DNA of 46,863 nucleotides. It comes from Octopus bimaculoides (lineage: Eukaryota). The notes beneath the pieces are model-generated. The model saw nothing but the letters and a program-made list of their open reading frames with translations. It did no database searches and had not been told where the DNA came from. Shown piece after piece: positions 1 to 12,831 of the stretch. The first letter of the stretch is position 1; every line of letters starts with the position of its first letter. The translations under genes and the position numbers were made by a program. The stretch covers positions 58,451,774-58,498,636 of the forward strand of contig NC_068984.1 of the NCBI RefSeq assembly GCF_001194135.2, written 5' to 3'.

Positions 1-38
<38 letters not shown>

Positions 39-135
39 TGTGTGTGTATATGTATGTTTATATATATACATATATACATATATGTATATATATGTGTGTA
101 TGTATTTATATATATATGTATGTATATATTATATG

Positions 136-172
<37 letters not shown>

Positions 173-212
173 ACGTATATGTGTATATATATCTGTGTGT
201 GTGTGTGAATGT
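1..212. repeat. Compound (TA)n/(TG)n microsatellite
   Basis: Direct reading; the two ORFs here (34-272) are YI/VC repeat artefacts. Confidence 0.97.
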
Positions 213-1304
213 GTGTTTGTTTATACCATTCCTTCTTTACTAAATGTAGTAGTTATAATTTATATTTATTAATTGTGTATTTATTGGTACGTTAATATTT
301 TAGTGAGTTTAAGGATTTAATATTATAATGACACTACGATTTTTATAAGATTAATAATATAAATATTTTAATTAATTAACTTAATAGTATTTTAGCTTAT
401 TTCATATATATTATTTAAGTTATGTTTCTTAGTCTTATTATTTAGAATTTAGAATTACTTAGAATTTAACGTTCATTAAAATGTTTATAATATACCTAAT
501 TGTTTTATTACGATGTAAGTTATATAAAGTTTTAATCCTTCATTCATGATTTTATAAATAATTCTTTCATTCACATTTTATATCTCTTTATTCTATTCTT
601 TTTCTTAATGTAATATCTTCACGCGACCTCTTTCTAATAAACGCTTTAGTTCTGAGTTTAATGTCTAAATTTTAGTTTAAACTGCAGCATCGAAGCGATA
701 AGTATCAGTTTACTTTATATCATTGTTTGAAAAAAATATGTATTTTTATATTAATTCAATTGTTTTTTAATGATAATTTTAGTCGATACCTTTTTTGACA
801 CTAAATTAATAGTAGTAAGTTTATCATCTTAGCCTAAACCAAGACTTCGATTAGATTAGGGTTGAATTTTTTCCATTAATACTGTTTAATACTTGATTTT
901 TTTTTTTATGGGATAAATAAGTAGTCTTTTTATTTAATTTCTCTGATTATACAATATAGTTAATTGTTTTATTATGATTTAAGTTATATAAAGTTTAATC
1001 TTTCATTCATAATAAAATTTTCATTCATGTTTTTATATCTATTTATTCTATTCTTTTTCTTTACGCAATATTTTCATGAGACTTCTTTCTAATAAACGTT
1101 TTAGTGTTACTTCTATCTTTATTATTTTACCCTAAAACTTTGTTTAAATTGTATTTTAAACGAAAGATTTGTTAAAAATAGTTTTTGCTTGTAATATTCC
1201 TGTTAGTTTATATTATAATAAACGTAAAGTTAATTATGGAATGTTTATAATTTTGATATTTTTAATAATATTTTTCTATCTTAATATAATAAGTATTTTA
1301 TATA

Positions 1305-3420
1305 CATTCAAACCCGAGATTGAAGCAGTTCGAAGAAGATCTATGGACAATCATGAAGAATGTTAAGCTTCACCGATCACCATTAAGGAATAGTCATCTA
1401 AGATACCTCCACAACATTACTGAAGAAATTAATAGCATTGATGGTATAATAGTTCAGTCTGACAAAACAAGAAACCTGTACAAACTATCTAAGGAATACT
1501 ACCTGGAATTACTTAAAAAAGAAATAGAAAAGAATTATCAGATTATCAGTAAAGCGGTACTTAGGAAAGCCAACCTGGAAGCCAAACAAATTATGGATAA
1601 ATATAACTTACAAAAGAGGACCGAACCTTTGGACCCCAAGCAACCCCATTTTATTTTAAAGGATCACAAGAACTTTTGGAGTATCCCAAAATTACGTCTT
1701 ATCTGCCCATCTAAATCGGACATAGGTGTACTTAGCAAAAACATACTAGACAAATATATACCTACTTTAGTGAAAAAATTAAAACTTAGTTTATGGTCCA
1801 ATTCATCCCAGGTAGTAGATTGGTTTAGTAACATTAATGATAAGTATAACACTAAATTTATCCAGTTAGATATCTCCAACTTCTATTCTTCAATTAACCC
1901 CATTATACTTAATAAGGCACTCTGGTTTGCTAATAATAAGGCAGGTCTTTCTAGAGAAGAGATTGATGTTTTAGCAGCTAGGAAATCTATAATTAAATTT
2001 AACAATAAACTCTGGACACACAAGGATACTCCCGATGGTTTTGACGTGCCTATGGGAAGTTCCAACTCAGTACAGATAGCTGACTTAGTCTGCACATATA
2101 TTCTCTATGAGATGGCAGACTAATTCCCAACCATTAGGGGAGGTCTATACCGAGATGATTGTTTACTCTATCTCCAAAATGCCACAAACCAACAACTACA
2201 AAAAGTTAAGAATAGATTAGTCAGATTTTTCCGGAGAATGGGTTTGGCATCATTTTTGAGGATGAAGTCTCCATAGCCAATTTCCTTGATTTTTACTCCT
2301 GACTTACACACCAATACTTACTTCCCTTACCATAAACCCTCCACTAATCTTAAGTACATTAGCCAGTTTAGCAATCATCCTAGAACGGTAACCAGAAATT
2401 TAGTTAGGAACATATCACTTAGATTGTCAAATTTATCTGCAAATATAAATATTTTCAACAAAGAGGCTGACTTTTATAACTCTGCCTTACTAAAAGCAGG
2501 ATATAAAGAAAAGGTCAGATACATTAATTCTATTAACTATTTTTCTACCTATGAAGATAAAGACATTATAACTGGTGGTAACGATAAATACAATGATTGT
2601 TCTCATTCTAACCTTGTTAACAATAATATACAGACAAACGCTTTTTTACATAATAGGGAGGTAACCGTTACTTGAGACCCATTTTTAATAATAATGGTAA
2701 ATTGAAGTGTTTTTTAGAAATAATAACACCCACACAAAACCTGGATCTGATAAAAATATCTAGTTTATTATTCCATTTGGAAAACAGATTAAATCCAATC
2801 TAGCTTTGCAGTTCTGAAATGCTGTTAATAAGAATTTTCCAAGAAATTCTCGCTATTTTCCAGTCGTAAACACACACAAGGTTAGATTAGGATTTTCAAA
2901 CACAAAAAATATCTCACAAATAATATCTACACATAATATGAGACTATTAAATTCGTATCCAGGTACTGATAGCAATAACATTAATTTCGATAATACAAAC
3001 CATCACCATTATAACAATAACAATACAGATAATAACCTAAATAACAATAATTATAATAAGAAAAATAATAATTACTACAACAACATTATTATTTCGGAAG
3101 TTAATAACAACAGAATTAGTTTTTTAAGTGAAAATGCAAAATCCAAGAACACTGTATATCAATGTAAAGTCACCACCTGTACCGATGTATTTTTTTTACA
3201 TAGGTTGCTCCTCATCGAAGATATATAGAATAATTTCAAACCATTACTCTACATTTAGGGATAGAAATAAACGCAACAGCACAGGACTTAGTAAGTTAAT
3301 TTGGGAACTTAAGGATAACAATAAGCAATTTAATTTAGACTGCTTAATTCTCTCTACATCAATACGAAACGATAAAGGTAAGGAATTTTACCCGTTATGT
3401 AATATGGAACCGTTCTTCAT
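1305..3420 (+). mobile_element. Decayed Penelope-like retroelement (Naiad-type): RT followed by C-terminal GIY-YIG endonuclease
   Basis: Translation gives SDKTRNLY, KLRLICPSKSDIG, FIQLDISNFYSSI (motif A), FDVPMGS (motif B), GLYRDD (YRDD at 2148-2159), FLD..DL..TYFPYHKP...SNHP, FIIPFGKQIKSNL..NKNFP..VRLGFSN, and VYQCKV..YIG..NHYSTF..NSTGLSKLIWELK..LC. Interrupted by TAA at 2121-2123, further stops, and frameshifts near 1320, 2250 and 3195. Clade is from recalled motif similarity. Confidence 0.9.
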
Positions 3421-3556
3421 TTTGAACTCAGAATGTAAAGTACCAAACAAATGCTGTATGGCATTTTATCATTGTTAAGGCAGAGAACTGGCAAAATCAT
3501 AAGCACGCCAGGTAAAATTCTTAGTAACATTTATTATTATTATTATTATTATTATT

Positions 3557-3755
3557 AAGGCAGTGATCTGGCAGCATCATTAGCACATCAGTAAAATGCC
3601 ATACAGCATTTGTTTGGTACTCTACATTCTGAGTTCAAATGCTGCCAAGGTCAACTTTGGTTTCCCCCACCCATCAGAGCCATAAAATAAAGTACTAGAG
3701 TCAAAAGAATCAACCAATTCTCACCCCCTCGAAATTGCTGGTGGTTTGCCTAAAT
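3557..3755 (+). mobile_element. tRNA-derived SINE, family A
   Basis: AAGGCAGTGATCTGGCAG head, GTTCAAAT B-box-like motif and AAGTACTAG...GAAATTGCTGG body, shared with other copies in the window. A truncated head also sits at 3476-3525. Confidence 0.75.
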
Positions 3756-3759
3756 CATA

Positions 3760-3852
3760 ACCTTTTATTATCATTAATATTATCATTATTATTATTATTA
3801 TTATCATTATTATTATTATTATTATTATTGTTATTGTTATTATTATTATTAT
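3760..3852. repeat. (ATT)n microsatellite
   Basis: Direct reading; source of the poly-Asn minus-strand ORF 3755-4123. Confidence 0.9.
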
Positions 3853-3854
3853 AA

Positions 3855-4050
3855 AGGCGGGAAACTGGTAGAATGGTTAGCATGCTGGGTAAAGTGCTTA
3901 GCAGCATTTCATCCATCTTTACATTCTGAGTTCGAATTCTGCTGAGGTTGGTTTTGCCTTTCAGTGTTGATAAATCAAGTACCATTTGAGCAATGGAGTT
4001 GATGTAACCAACATGAGCTTGCTGGCCCTGTACCAAAAGTTTGAAACTAT
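3855..4050 (+). mobile_element. SINE family A copy
   Basis: AAGGCGGGAAACTGGTAGAATGG (A-box-like) ... GAGTTCGAATTC (B box) ... TCAAGTACC ... CTGGCCCTGTACCAAAAGTTTGAAAC. Confidence 0.8.
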
Positions 4051-4140
4051 GATAATTATTATCATTATGGGGAGTTGGCAGAGTCACTAAAGCATTTGGA
4101 AAATGTGTTGCAATATTTGTCAATGCTCTTTATGTTCTCA

Positions 4141-5041
4141 GCCAATCAGATAATGCAATAGGTGGAACGTCCACTTTAGCTCTTTATAGAGGTTTAGTGG
4201 AGGAAAAGTGTGACAACATTCTTAGGGAGACCTTGGTCGTCGAAGAAGATCAGCTAACTGCTCTTTTCAGGAGAAATTTTGGGCAGGGACTGATGGAAAA
4301 TTTCCAAAAATCTCTGGCCTGGCAGTGCTACCGGAGAACTTTGCCTATTCAAGATAAACTTTACAGGCATGGAAGTGCCATCAGCTGAGCATGTCCAAGA
4401 TGCACGCAGGACGATGAGACAGTCCTGTACGCACTTGTCCAGTGCCCAAGCATTGCTGACTTGTGGCTTATGTTGAACACCTACTGTCACATGTGGGACA
4501 GATCCATCATGAAAATCGCCCCACTGCCTTCCTTTAACTGGGAAGGAAAGGCTGTTTTTATATGCCATGGCAAAAGAGGTTGTATGGTGGATGAGATTGA
4601 AGGGTCTGAAGACAAACACTTTTCTCTTTGGCCAATCCCTGATCAACTTCTTCAAGTTTCACTTGAAAAGGAAAATAAGGGTAGAGAGGGAAGTGTTGTC
4701 TCTCAGCCAGTTTGCTGAAAGGTAAATGAAAGTTGCGAGAATGGTATGAGTGAACGGGCTTCCTCTGAACATATACCTGTAGCTGGAAAAAAGGAAAGAA
4801 AAAAGCACCTGCCCCAAAAGTCAAGGTACCCATGGATTTTTTATGGGGTTTTTCCATGAGCAGCACTCGAACATCTCCCTATTGAGGATCACACACTGTT
4901 GATTTTTTATTTTTTAAAAATTTTATTAGTCTTGTTTACATGCAAAATCCTCATAACAACACACACTCACACATACATTCTTTGTTTTGCCCTGTGCTGC
5001 CCATAATGTTTTTCTTAATGTAAATCTTTGTGGTTAATAAA
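4141..5041 (+). mobile_element. 5'-truncated L1/Tx1-clade LINE 3' end (zf-RVT-like region and 3' UTR)
   Basis: Translation LAWQCYRRTLPIQDKLYRHGSAIS*ACPRCTQDDETVLYALVQCPSIADLW resembles the C-terminal CxxC..H..C zinc knuckle of L1/Tx1 ORF2. AATAAA at 5036-5041 is followed by an (ATT)n tail. Confidence 0.75.
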
Positions 5042-5118
5042 GAAATAATTATTATTATTACTATTATTATTATTTTTATTATAATCATCATTGTCATTAT
5101 TATTCAAATTGTTATATA

Positions 5119-5270
5119 AGGCAGCAAACTGGTAAAATCATGTTCTAAGTTCAAATGCCACTGAGGTCAACTTTGCCTTTCATCCTAACTGGGCTGATGA
5201 AATAAGTACCAGTTGAGCACTGAGGTCGATGTAATTGACTAGTCCCCTCCCACAAAATTTTAAACCTTGC
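5119..5270 (+). mobile_element. SINE family A copy with internal deletion
   Basis: AAGGCAGCAAACTGG ... GTTCAAATGCCACTGAGGTCAACTTTGCCTTTCATCC ... AAATAAGTACCAGTTGAGCAC. Confidence 0.75.
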
Positions 5271-5612
5271 TCTTCATGTATGAATTTGGATAATTTGCAT
5301 TATATACTGTTGTGCAAGCATACATAACTGGCTTTGTTTCTGTATCTGATTAAGCCCCTATGTATAGCTGATTGTCTGCCACTGACTATATATCTCTATG
5401 TCTATCTTCAGGTTTGACAGTTTGTCTCCATGCTTGATGGCCTGTCTTTATGTCTGTTTATTCCTGATAGACTTTCTCAAGTCTAACTGCTAGTCTATAA
5501 TTATTTTGTATACTAACGAGTCTCGCTAGGTTTCTTTGATTCACTCTTTCAGTGATTCCGTTTTCGACAATCTCTTTCTCTCTCTCTCTAAATGTAAGAA
5601 ACATAACCTTAC

Positions 5613-5725
5613 CCCATCTCCGGAATCGTCGCATATAAAGCAAGTTTTGCATTCTATACATTGCCATGGAGAGTTACGTGCCTTTGTTGCAAGCTCTTCG
5701 CAATAATCCATACATGAAGGGTGAA
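5613..5725 (-). CDS. Coding exon 3 of SAMD1-like WH / double-PHD gene (end of PHD1, start of PHD2)
   Basis: Acceptor TTTTCTTTTCAG (AG at 5727-5726), donor GTAAGG at 5612. 113 nt; phase 1 in, phase 0 out. Encodes (V)HPSCMDYCEELATKARNSPWQCIECKTCFICDDSGDG, closely like the KAT6A/B DPF sequence HPSC..WQCIECKTC. Confidence 0.95.
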
Positions 5726-7059
5726 CTGAAAAGAAAATTAAGACAATGTTAATTACAGATAGGTGTCTGACCTTGAAAAACTGCATCAACTGGCATTTTA
5801 CTAACGTACCTAAAAATGTTTAAAACAAAAATCAGAGTTTAAGACTTTAACTTCTGAAATGAACAAATCTAAGAGACAAGGGACATTACTCTGACTGGTT
5901 TACTATAATTTCATTATATAACAACTCTACCTCAGGTGCAATAGTTTATTTAGAAGAATGGTAACTCCAACAATCTATCAGATTGTAGGTGCACCATAAA
6001 AGATACATTGTGTACCGAACATAAGTCAACTAAACAGACTGCCTGCTATTACAAGCTGTATCCATGGAAGATTCTGAACACAACACTACAAGTGAATGAA
6101 ATTATTTACCAATTCTAAGGTTGCGTTGCTGTTTACAGTGAGGAAGTAAGTATACAATAATACTGTCAAAAAGTTGCTGCTAACGGTTGTTTAGTATAAC
6201 AAGCTATTTGTTACAGAGAATAGATTATTCGAAAATGTTATCTGCATGAAAAACAATAGTTAAATATGAACATATATAACAAAGGGAACATCAAAACACT
6301 AATTAAAACATAATTATGCAATGAGGGAAAATTAGACAATAATTAGTCATTGACAAACATTATCTTAATATTGAGGACGAGAGACAATTTTGGACATGTT
6401 TCCATCTTATCTACTTGCCAAGATGGTGACAGGGCCTATGTTTGTGATTTTGTAAAATTTACTTAGTAATTCTTTCATCACTACTTCAGCAGGTACAGTT
6501 AAGTAATATGCTTTGTTGAAGAGGTCAAAATAAGACTGAAGCATTCCATGTATCTTATGTATTCCAAAAATCATAAAAATATTACTATTCAATGTCTATC
6601 ACTGCTTTTCTCTTGTAGCATATTCTTTAAAAAAAAAATGACATGAGAAAGTGAGTTGGTAGAGAAAAAGGACTTAAGAAAGTGAGTTGATAGAGAGAGA
6701 AGTTAAACTAATATCGGGATCTTTTCGTAAACAAATGCATATACTTTCCTTTGATAATAAATCAGTTTTCAGATGATTAGGTCATCTAACTTTTTTTAAT
6801 GATTAGAAGTATCCATCAATAGAAAATATCATTTAATTCAAGAGGACATATAGAAATAAATAAACTCAACACTGCAAATCAACTACTTATCACCTTTACA
6901 GCATTACTGCTGCCAAAAGTAGCAAACCATTCTCTCTATTGTAGTATTTACAGGTAAGTGGAGAGGACTATTGAGAATAGAAGTTTCCCACTTATGAACA
7001 TTTGTGGAACATTAATAATAAGAAACAAAATACTGCTAGTTTTTCAATACACCATTAAT

Positions 7060-7740
7060 GCATCATTCCATAGCTCTGATGATATCATTAACATTTTCCA
7101 TGACTTTTCATTATATCCATAATTCATTTGATATGTGTTTCTATGTACTTCAATGTATTGTTTGTCTGTTTTTGTGTTGTCCCTTCTCTATCGAGGCCTT
7201 GTGCCTAATTAAAGAAATAATGACTTTACATGGGTTGGAGGGTCTCAACACTTGTTCTTCTTCCACAGGTTCCTTTTTCTGGGATAGTTTGGCTTTTCTT
7301 TACCAAACTGTTAACCTATATATGTCTCACATGTTCATATTAATACAGTTTTCTTGCTTGTACACTGCAACAAATTCTTTTTATACTTAATTTTGCTCTC
7401 ACCTTATTTGTGTTCTGTCATTCATTCAACAGTGTGTGCTCACTTTATTTCTTTCTAGCATTTGCACATCATCTGTATTCAATGCCTATGCTTCTCTACA
7501 ATATCACACTTCACACACATTCATTGTAGATCCTGCCCATCACTCAGAGAGAGAATCCTTTTGTTATCAGCAGTAATAATAGTTCCTTGAACTTTTTCCA
7601 ACCTATTTTTTACTCCACCTACTATGCATTTGAAATTCCTACCTCCACTACTGATTAGATAACAGAAAATGTCAACTGCTTCTAAGGAGCTTTCAGGGCA
7701 TCTAAAAGAATTCCTTACAAGGTGGACCAAAAGTCATGTA
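7060..7740 (-). mobile_element. Decayed RTE-clade LINE 3' ORF fragment
   Basis: Minus-strand SLEAVDIFCYL-ISSGG..IVGGVKNRL..LSL..G resembles RTE LEVVDSFCYLGDMISSGG..RV..W.KF..LSLRVKG. An RPRKTW-like segment lies near 7270-7300. Confidence 0.65.
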
Positions 7741-7854
7741 CAAAAGTTCAATATGCTCTGGAATTGTCAAAAATATGCCTTAATTTTTCTAAAATTGAAT
7801 AAGATAAATAAAATAACAATGAATACACATGTATTTGTACATGATGAACAAAAA

Positions 7855-7860
7855 GAAGAA

Positions 7861-7901
<41 letters not shown>

Positions 7902-7918
7902 GGAAGAAGAAGAAGAAG
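7855..7918. repeat. (GAA/GAG)n microsatellite
   Basis: Direct reading; explains the poly-E and poly-K ORFs. Confidence 0.95.
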
Positions 7919-8534
7919 ATATACTCTTTGCTGTGGGTTATTTTCCTCATTAGCTTTTATTTAGAGAACCAAATGATTTCACCAACTTCCTACTCTATCA
8001 CTAGACAACAAGAGAACAGCTAATGGTTTCTAGAAATAAAAACCTTATTCCCTTCAAATTACACCCTCACTGGATATTGTAGTCTTAGACTCTCCTTAAA
8101 AGATGGGAGGGTTATTAGTCAAATGCTATTGATTGCAGGTACACTCAATAAAGGTTGACCTGGGTTTAAGAAATAACAATTATCACTTTCACTAAGGATA
8201 CCAAATAGTCCTGATGCTAGCTACTTTTGAATACACAGAGATTTAGTTCACATAACAAAGTCATGCTATTATTTATTTTTTAGAATTGCTCTGCTTCTCT
8301 CATAACCTTGTGGACACTTCATTCACCTTAAATGTTTATTGTAAATTTTACAATTAACAGCAAAAGATGCTCGTCTCATTGATTTCAACTTAGATATTGT
8401 TTTCATGTACCAGTGACAAATTTATGATGAGACATTTCCAACTTCTTCCTGTAGTTTACTAATCATCCTTCTCCTCTACACAAGGGAGGAAACTCAAATG
8501 GGATTGGTATCTGATAGATAGCTACACACACACA

Positions 8535-9170
8535 CACACCTTGGATCACATCCAGAGAAGAGCCATTTGACTAAGTGAAATTCAGTCACTAATGGACATA
8601 CTCTGGCCCACAGGCAAGCTGTCTCCTCTCTCTGTCTCTTCAATTGCTACTACCATGGTTTCTGTTCCTCAGATTTATGGGACACAAACAATCAACAACA
8701 GTTGTCAAGTGGTGGTGGTGGAGTCATACACAAATACACATGATGGGCTTCCACACAGTTTGTGTCTATTCAATTCCTTTATGTTTAGCCCAAGGCTAAA
8801 GAAAAAAAACACTTGCTCAAGATATCATGCGCTGTGACTTAACTCAAAATCATATGGTTGCAAAGTGAGCTTCTTAACCACACCTGGGCCTATGTTCTCA
8901 TGTCTCCACTACTTGCAGTTTATCTTTCCACATCTTGTCACCTTTGGTGTGTCCTTCGTCCCACACTGACCATTATCCCCAGTACTTTCTCCTCAAAACA
9001 TCTCCTCTGGAATCTTTTTGCTCATGTCTTTCCAACAGGTGTTGACCTGTACAATTTTAAATGGAACACCAATGGAATCACACCCATCAGTCATCGAGGA
9101 CCTGTGAAGGTCATTGACAATGCTCCTCCCACCAGATTCAGCAAGCGAAAGAAAAAAAAAATGAGTAAAT
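8535..9170 (+). mobile_element. L2/CR1-like LINE 3' fragment interrupted by a minus-strand family B SINE (about 8735-8885)
   Basis: LDHIQRRAI..QSL.D.L...RQAVSSL...YYHG and LWNLFAHVFPTGVDLYNFK match the C terminus of the family at 41400-42900. Ends in an A-rich tail. Confidence 0.6.
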
Positions 9171-11379
9171 AAGTGCCAAGAATCAATATGGATGTAAAGA
9201 GAAACATAGCAAGAATGTTTTGTAATGTGGCGTTTATTATTAAAAGACTGCATATTGCCTATAGTGGGTCAAAGCACAAAATCTGGTTTGCCAATCCCTG
9301 CTTTATTCAGCCATGTTGCTGTTTAGGTCTGAATAACATATTCTAAATTTTTTTTAGTTTTCCCTTTTATTTGCTGGTGTTATTGTTGTCTAATCCATGT
9401 CAGCTCTTATTGTGCAAATCTACAAGTAAATACATTTGAACTGTGACCATTCCATCATTTTTAAAATGATAGGAGATTTGAGGGCAACTTGGCTGCTATT
9501 TTTGACAAGATGAGCAACCAAGTAGAGCTTTCTTCAATGACTCAAATATTTGCTGGAGAATAGGAACCAGACCTGGGGAAAAGTACCAAAACTTCTGAGG
9601 CTGTTATTTGTAATCGGTTAGTAACCAATCCAGGAGAAAATGTCTCATGTCTACTGAAGACTATACAATAAATGAAATGAAACAGTGACCTCACATAAAG
9701 TCTTAATGTTGAAAATAGATTTACTGTTTAAGAATTTAGAATTAATCAAAGGATTTTGGATTCATGTAGGATAATACAAGGAAGGATAGTTATCTTTAGA
9801 GATGTCTCAGAATTTTGGAGACAAATGTTGCTGTAAATACATCAAATCTATGTCAATGGAAAAAATACATTTGCAAAAATGTGATGGTGACATTTTGTTT
9901 TGAAATAGTAAAAGTTTATACAAGATGTTCCCATGTTTATATTTAATGAAAATAGGTTACAATAAAAAGTAATGTTGTTTCAGCTACTTTATGAGGTTAT
10001 TTTGTGAAGATGGTGGTTAATAGATATTCTATAATAAAAAAAATTGTCAAATATACACCATTAGATTATCCACATAGGTTTGAATGAAACCATAATTCAC
10101 CTGTTTTATGCCAAAACAGCCCACAAGTTTAGTGTCAGTTGAATTTGTGAACCATGTCCCCACCCCTGCCTCACACCTGTAAATGGTAGTTTTTCTAACT
10201 TTCATGAAGCTAGAAACATTTCACTAAATAGGCCGGCTACTTCATCAATTTCTCTTGATTCTAGGTTGCATAAACAGTCTGATGAATAAGTATATCACAG
10301 CCCTGATTCTCTTTCAAAACTGATATAGTAGTATGGCATATAGAAAAGGAAGAGAGATCGATATACTGGAAATAACAATTCAAAGATAGATGAGCTGACA
10401 TTTGGAAAAGCATACTAATTAGTTGCCTTCAGATGGCTTTAATAGAATCCACTGTATGGTATTTGGATAAGATCCCCAATCTGGGAATAATTCAGTATGA
10501 GACGTGTACAAGTTGTGATTTCTTCTGTCAATCTCAGAATCCCTATAAAAGTTATGGGTATGGCCCTTCCTTCTGAACACCGTAGAAAATGAAGACAAAA
10601 ATGTTTGTTCATCTGATATCACAAAACTACAAGAGTCAATGCACCTAATTAACATTTTGCAGTCACACACACACACACACACACAGCAATAAAATTTTGT
10701 GATGAAGACTACATTTAAAAAGGTACACCAATTCACTGAATAAAAACATTCTATGGGAACCTATTTTGATCACAAAAATCCTGAAGGTATTTTAAAGATA
10801 TAGTTTTGAGGTAAAAACAGTTACAATGTTTGAATGTATAAGCTAATGGTCCATTGTCTGAAGAATCATAACTGAAACATGTTCATTCACTGATGCTGTG
10901 CAAAGACTGAATTTCTTTTGTCTACTTAATGTAACTATTGAAAACAGAAATAAAAGGAGTAAAAAAGGGCAATAGGAATTGAGAAAAGAAAGAGAAAGGG
11001 TAAAAAAACACAAAGATAGAGATAGAGGAGAGATTAAAAGGGAAAGGAAAAGGGAAGAAATAATTTGGTACTATACTTCTAATCTTACTGATTGTTTGGT
11101 AGTTTCTAGATTTATTTGGTTAAATGGATTACCAAAGAAAACAAAATAAAAATAAATCAGATAATTCTATCATAATCTCATAACTCAAAGCTATTCTGCA
11201 AATCTACAACTCACATTGTACACATATGATTGAATAACAAGCTCTATCACACATAGACACAATCAGCAAAGTTTGTTTCTTATATAACAATAACTGATGG
11301 AATGTTCTATTCTGTAGAGCATGCAAACTTGTTTAATTTATGAATCTCTTGCAGATTGTATTAACACAATTCAAACATA

Positions 11380-11520
11380 GCTTATGGTTAAAAAGTTCAC
11401 TTCCTAACCACATAGTTATGAGTTCAATTCCAAAGCACAATATTTTGGGCAAAGTTTAGGCTGAGCAAAGTTTTGTGAATGGATTTGAAAGAAGGAAACT
11501 AAAAGAAGGCAAACGTGTAT
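11380..11520 (+). mobile_element. SINE family B head
   Basis: GGTTAAAAAGTTCACTTCCTAACCACATAGTTATGAGTTCAATTCC ... GGAAACTAAAAGAAGG. Confidence 0.7.
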
Positions 11521-11533
11521 GTATATATACTTA

Positions 11534-11820
11534 TCTATATATCAAACTGAGAATATGAGTTTGTTTGTCTGTATGCATACATCACTAAAACCCGAGAACT
11601 ACCCAACTGATTTCATGCAAATTCTAAACATGCTCTATTTAGGGCTCCCTCAGTGTCATTAGACAAAAAAGTTTTCAACTTCTTGCCTAATGCAAGCCTG
11701 GAACAATCTCATGTCTCTTACACTATTTCAGTATTTTGTGTCAAAAGTGAAAAAATAAAATTTCTCTTGTAATGTGAGATAATACTTTCAGTTTTAATAA
11801 TTTCATTAATAATACTTTCA
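11534..11820 (+). mobile_element. Non-autonomous Helitron, 5' portion
   Basis: A|TCTATATATCAAACTGAGAAT..TTTGTCTG..CTAAAACCCGAGAACTACCCAACTGATTTCAT is homologous to the 5' end of the element at 21685. Confidence 0.6.
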
Positions 11821-11937
11821 CCATGTATATATATATATATATACATAGTGAAATTATTATCTCACTTACATATATACATGCATATATATATGTGTATCTA
11901 TATATATGCATAGATATACGTTTATATACATCTGCAC

Positions 11938-11969
<32 letters not shown>

Positions 11970-11986
11970 GTCTACACACACATATA

Positions 11987-12459
11987 CAAAATAATATTGT
12001 TATGGAGGCAACACAGGCAAAGTCTAAAAGAATATAATTGAAATATGCATCCAAAACTTATATAAATACATATATTCTCTATAAAATAGACATAAAATTC
12101 CAAAATACACAAATATATATAAATAGACAACATGCATGCAGTGAATAAAACACGGTTGAATTTCAATAAAAACAACTGAATTTAAGAAAATATCATTTGT
12201 AATTACGTTTAAAATCGTATATTGTATTATAAAATAAAAAATTTAACTTGAAAGGATTAAGCATTAAAGACATATTAAAACCAACAAAAGAAAAACTATA
12301 AACATCACAGATGTGATGTTTATATTTCTTTTGTTGGTTTTAATGTCTTTAATACTTAATCCTATAGAGAATATATGTATTTATTTAAGTTTTGGATGCG
12401 CATTTCAATTATGTTCTTTTAGACTTTGTCTGTGTTGCCTCCATAGTAATATTATTTTG
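11987..12459. mobile_element. MITE/fold-back element with about 105-bp terminal inverted repeats
   Basis: 11987-12092 is roughly 90 percent identical to the reverse complement of 12362-12459, with a spacer of about 270 bp. No clear TSD. Confidence 0.75.
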
Positions 12460-12580
12460 AATATAGCTCACAACAAGCACTACATTTTCCTTCTGTATAA
12501 ATGTGAGTTATTGTTAATAACAAGCTCTAATTAAACTATATATTTTATATATACATATATACATATATATATACATGTAT

Positions 12581-12591
12581 ANNNNNNNNNN
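12581..12591. other. Assembly gap inside a (TA)-rich microsatellite
   Basis: Run of N. Confidence 0.99.
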
Positions 12592-12831
12592 TATAAATAT
12601 ATATATAGATATACCTATATACATATATATGAAGATATATATACATATATATACATACATATATACATGCATATAAATATATATATAGATATACCTATAT
12701 ACATATATATGTATATACATACATATAAAGATATACATATATATATATATATACATATGTATATGAGGATTTATTTTTCATAATGAGATAAAAAACCAAG
12801 GCTCTAAGCATTATAGAACATTTATAAATAG

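Noticed and set aside
1320-3420. Selenocysteine recoding of the Naiad-type ORF (reported for some Naiads)
   Set aside because: Interruptions include TAA (2121), TAG and several frameshifts. The TGA codons fall at non-cysteine-like positions. Simple decay explains them.
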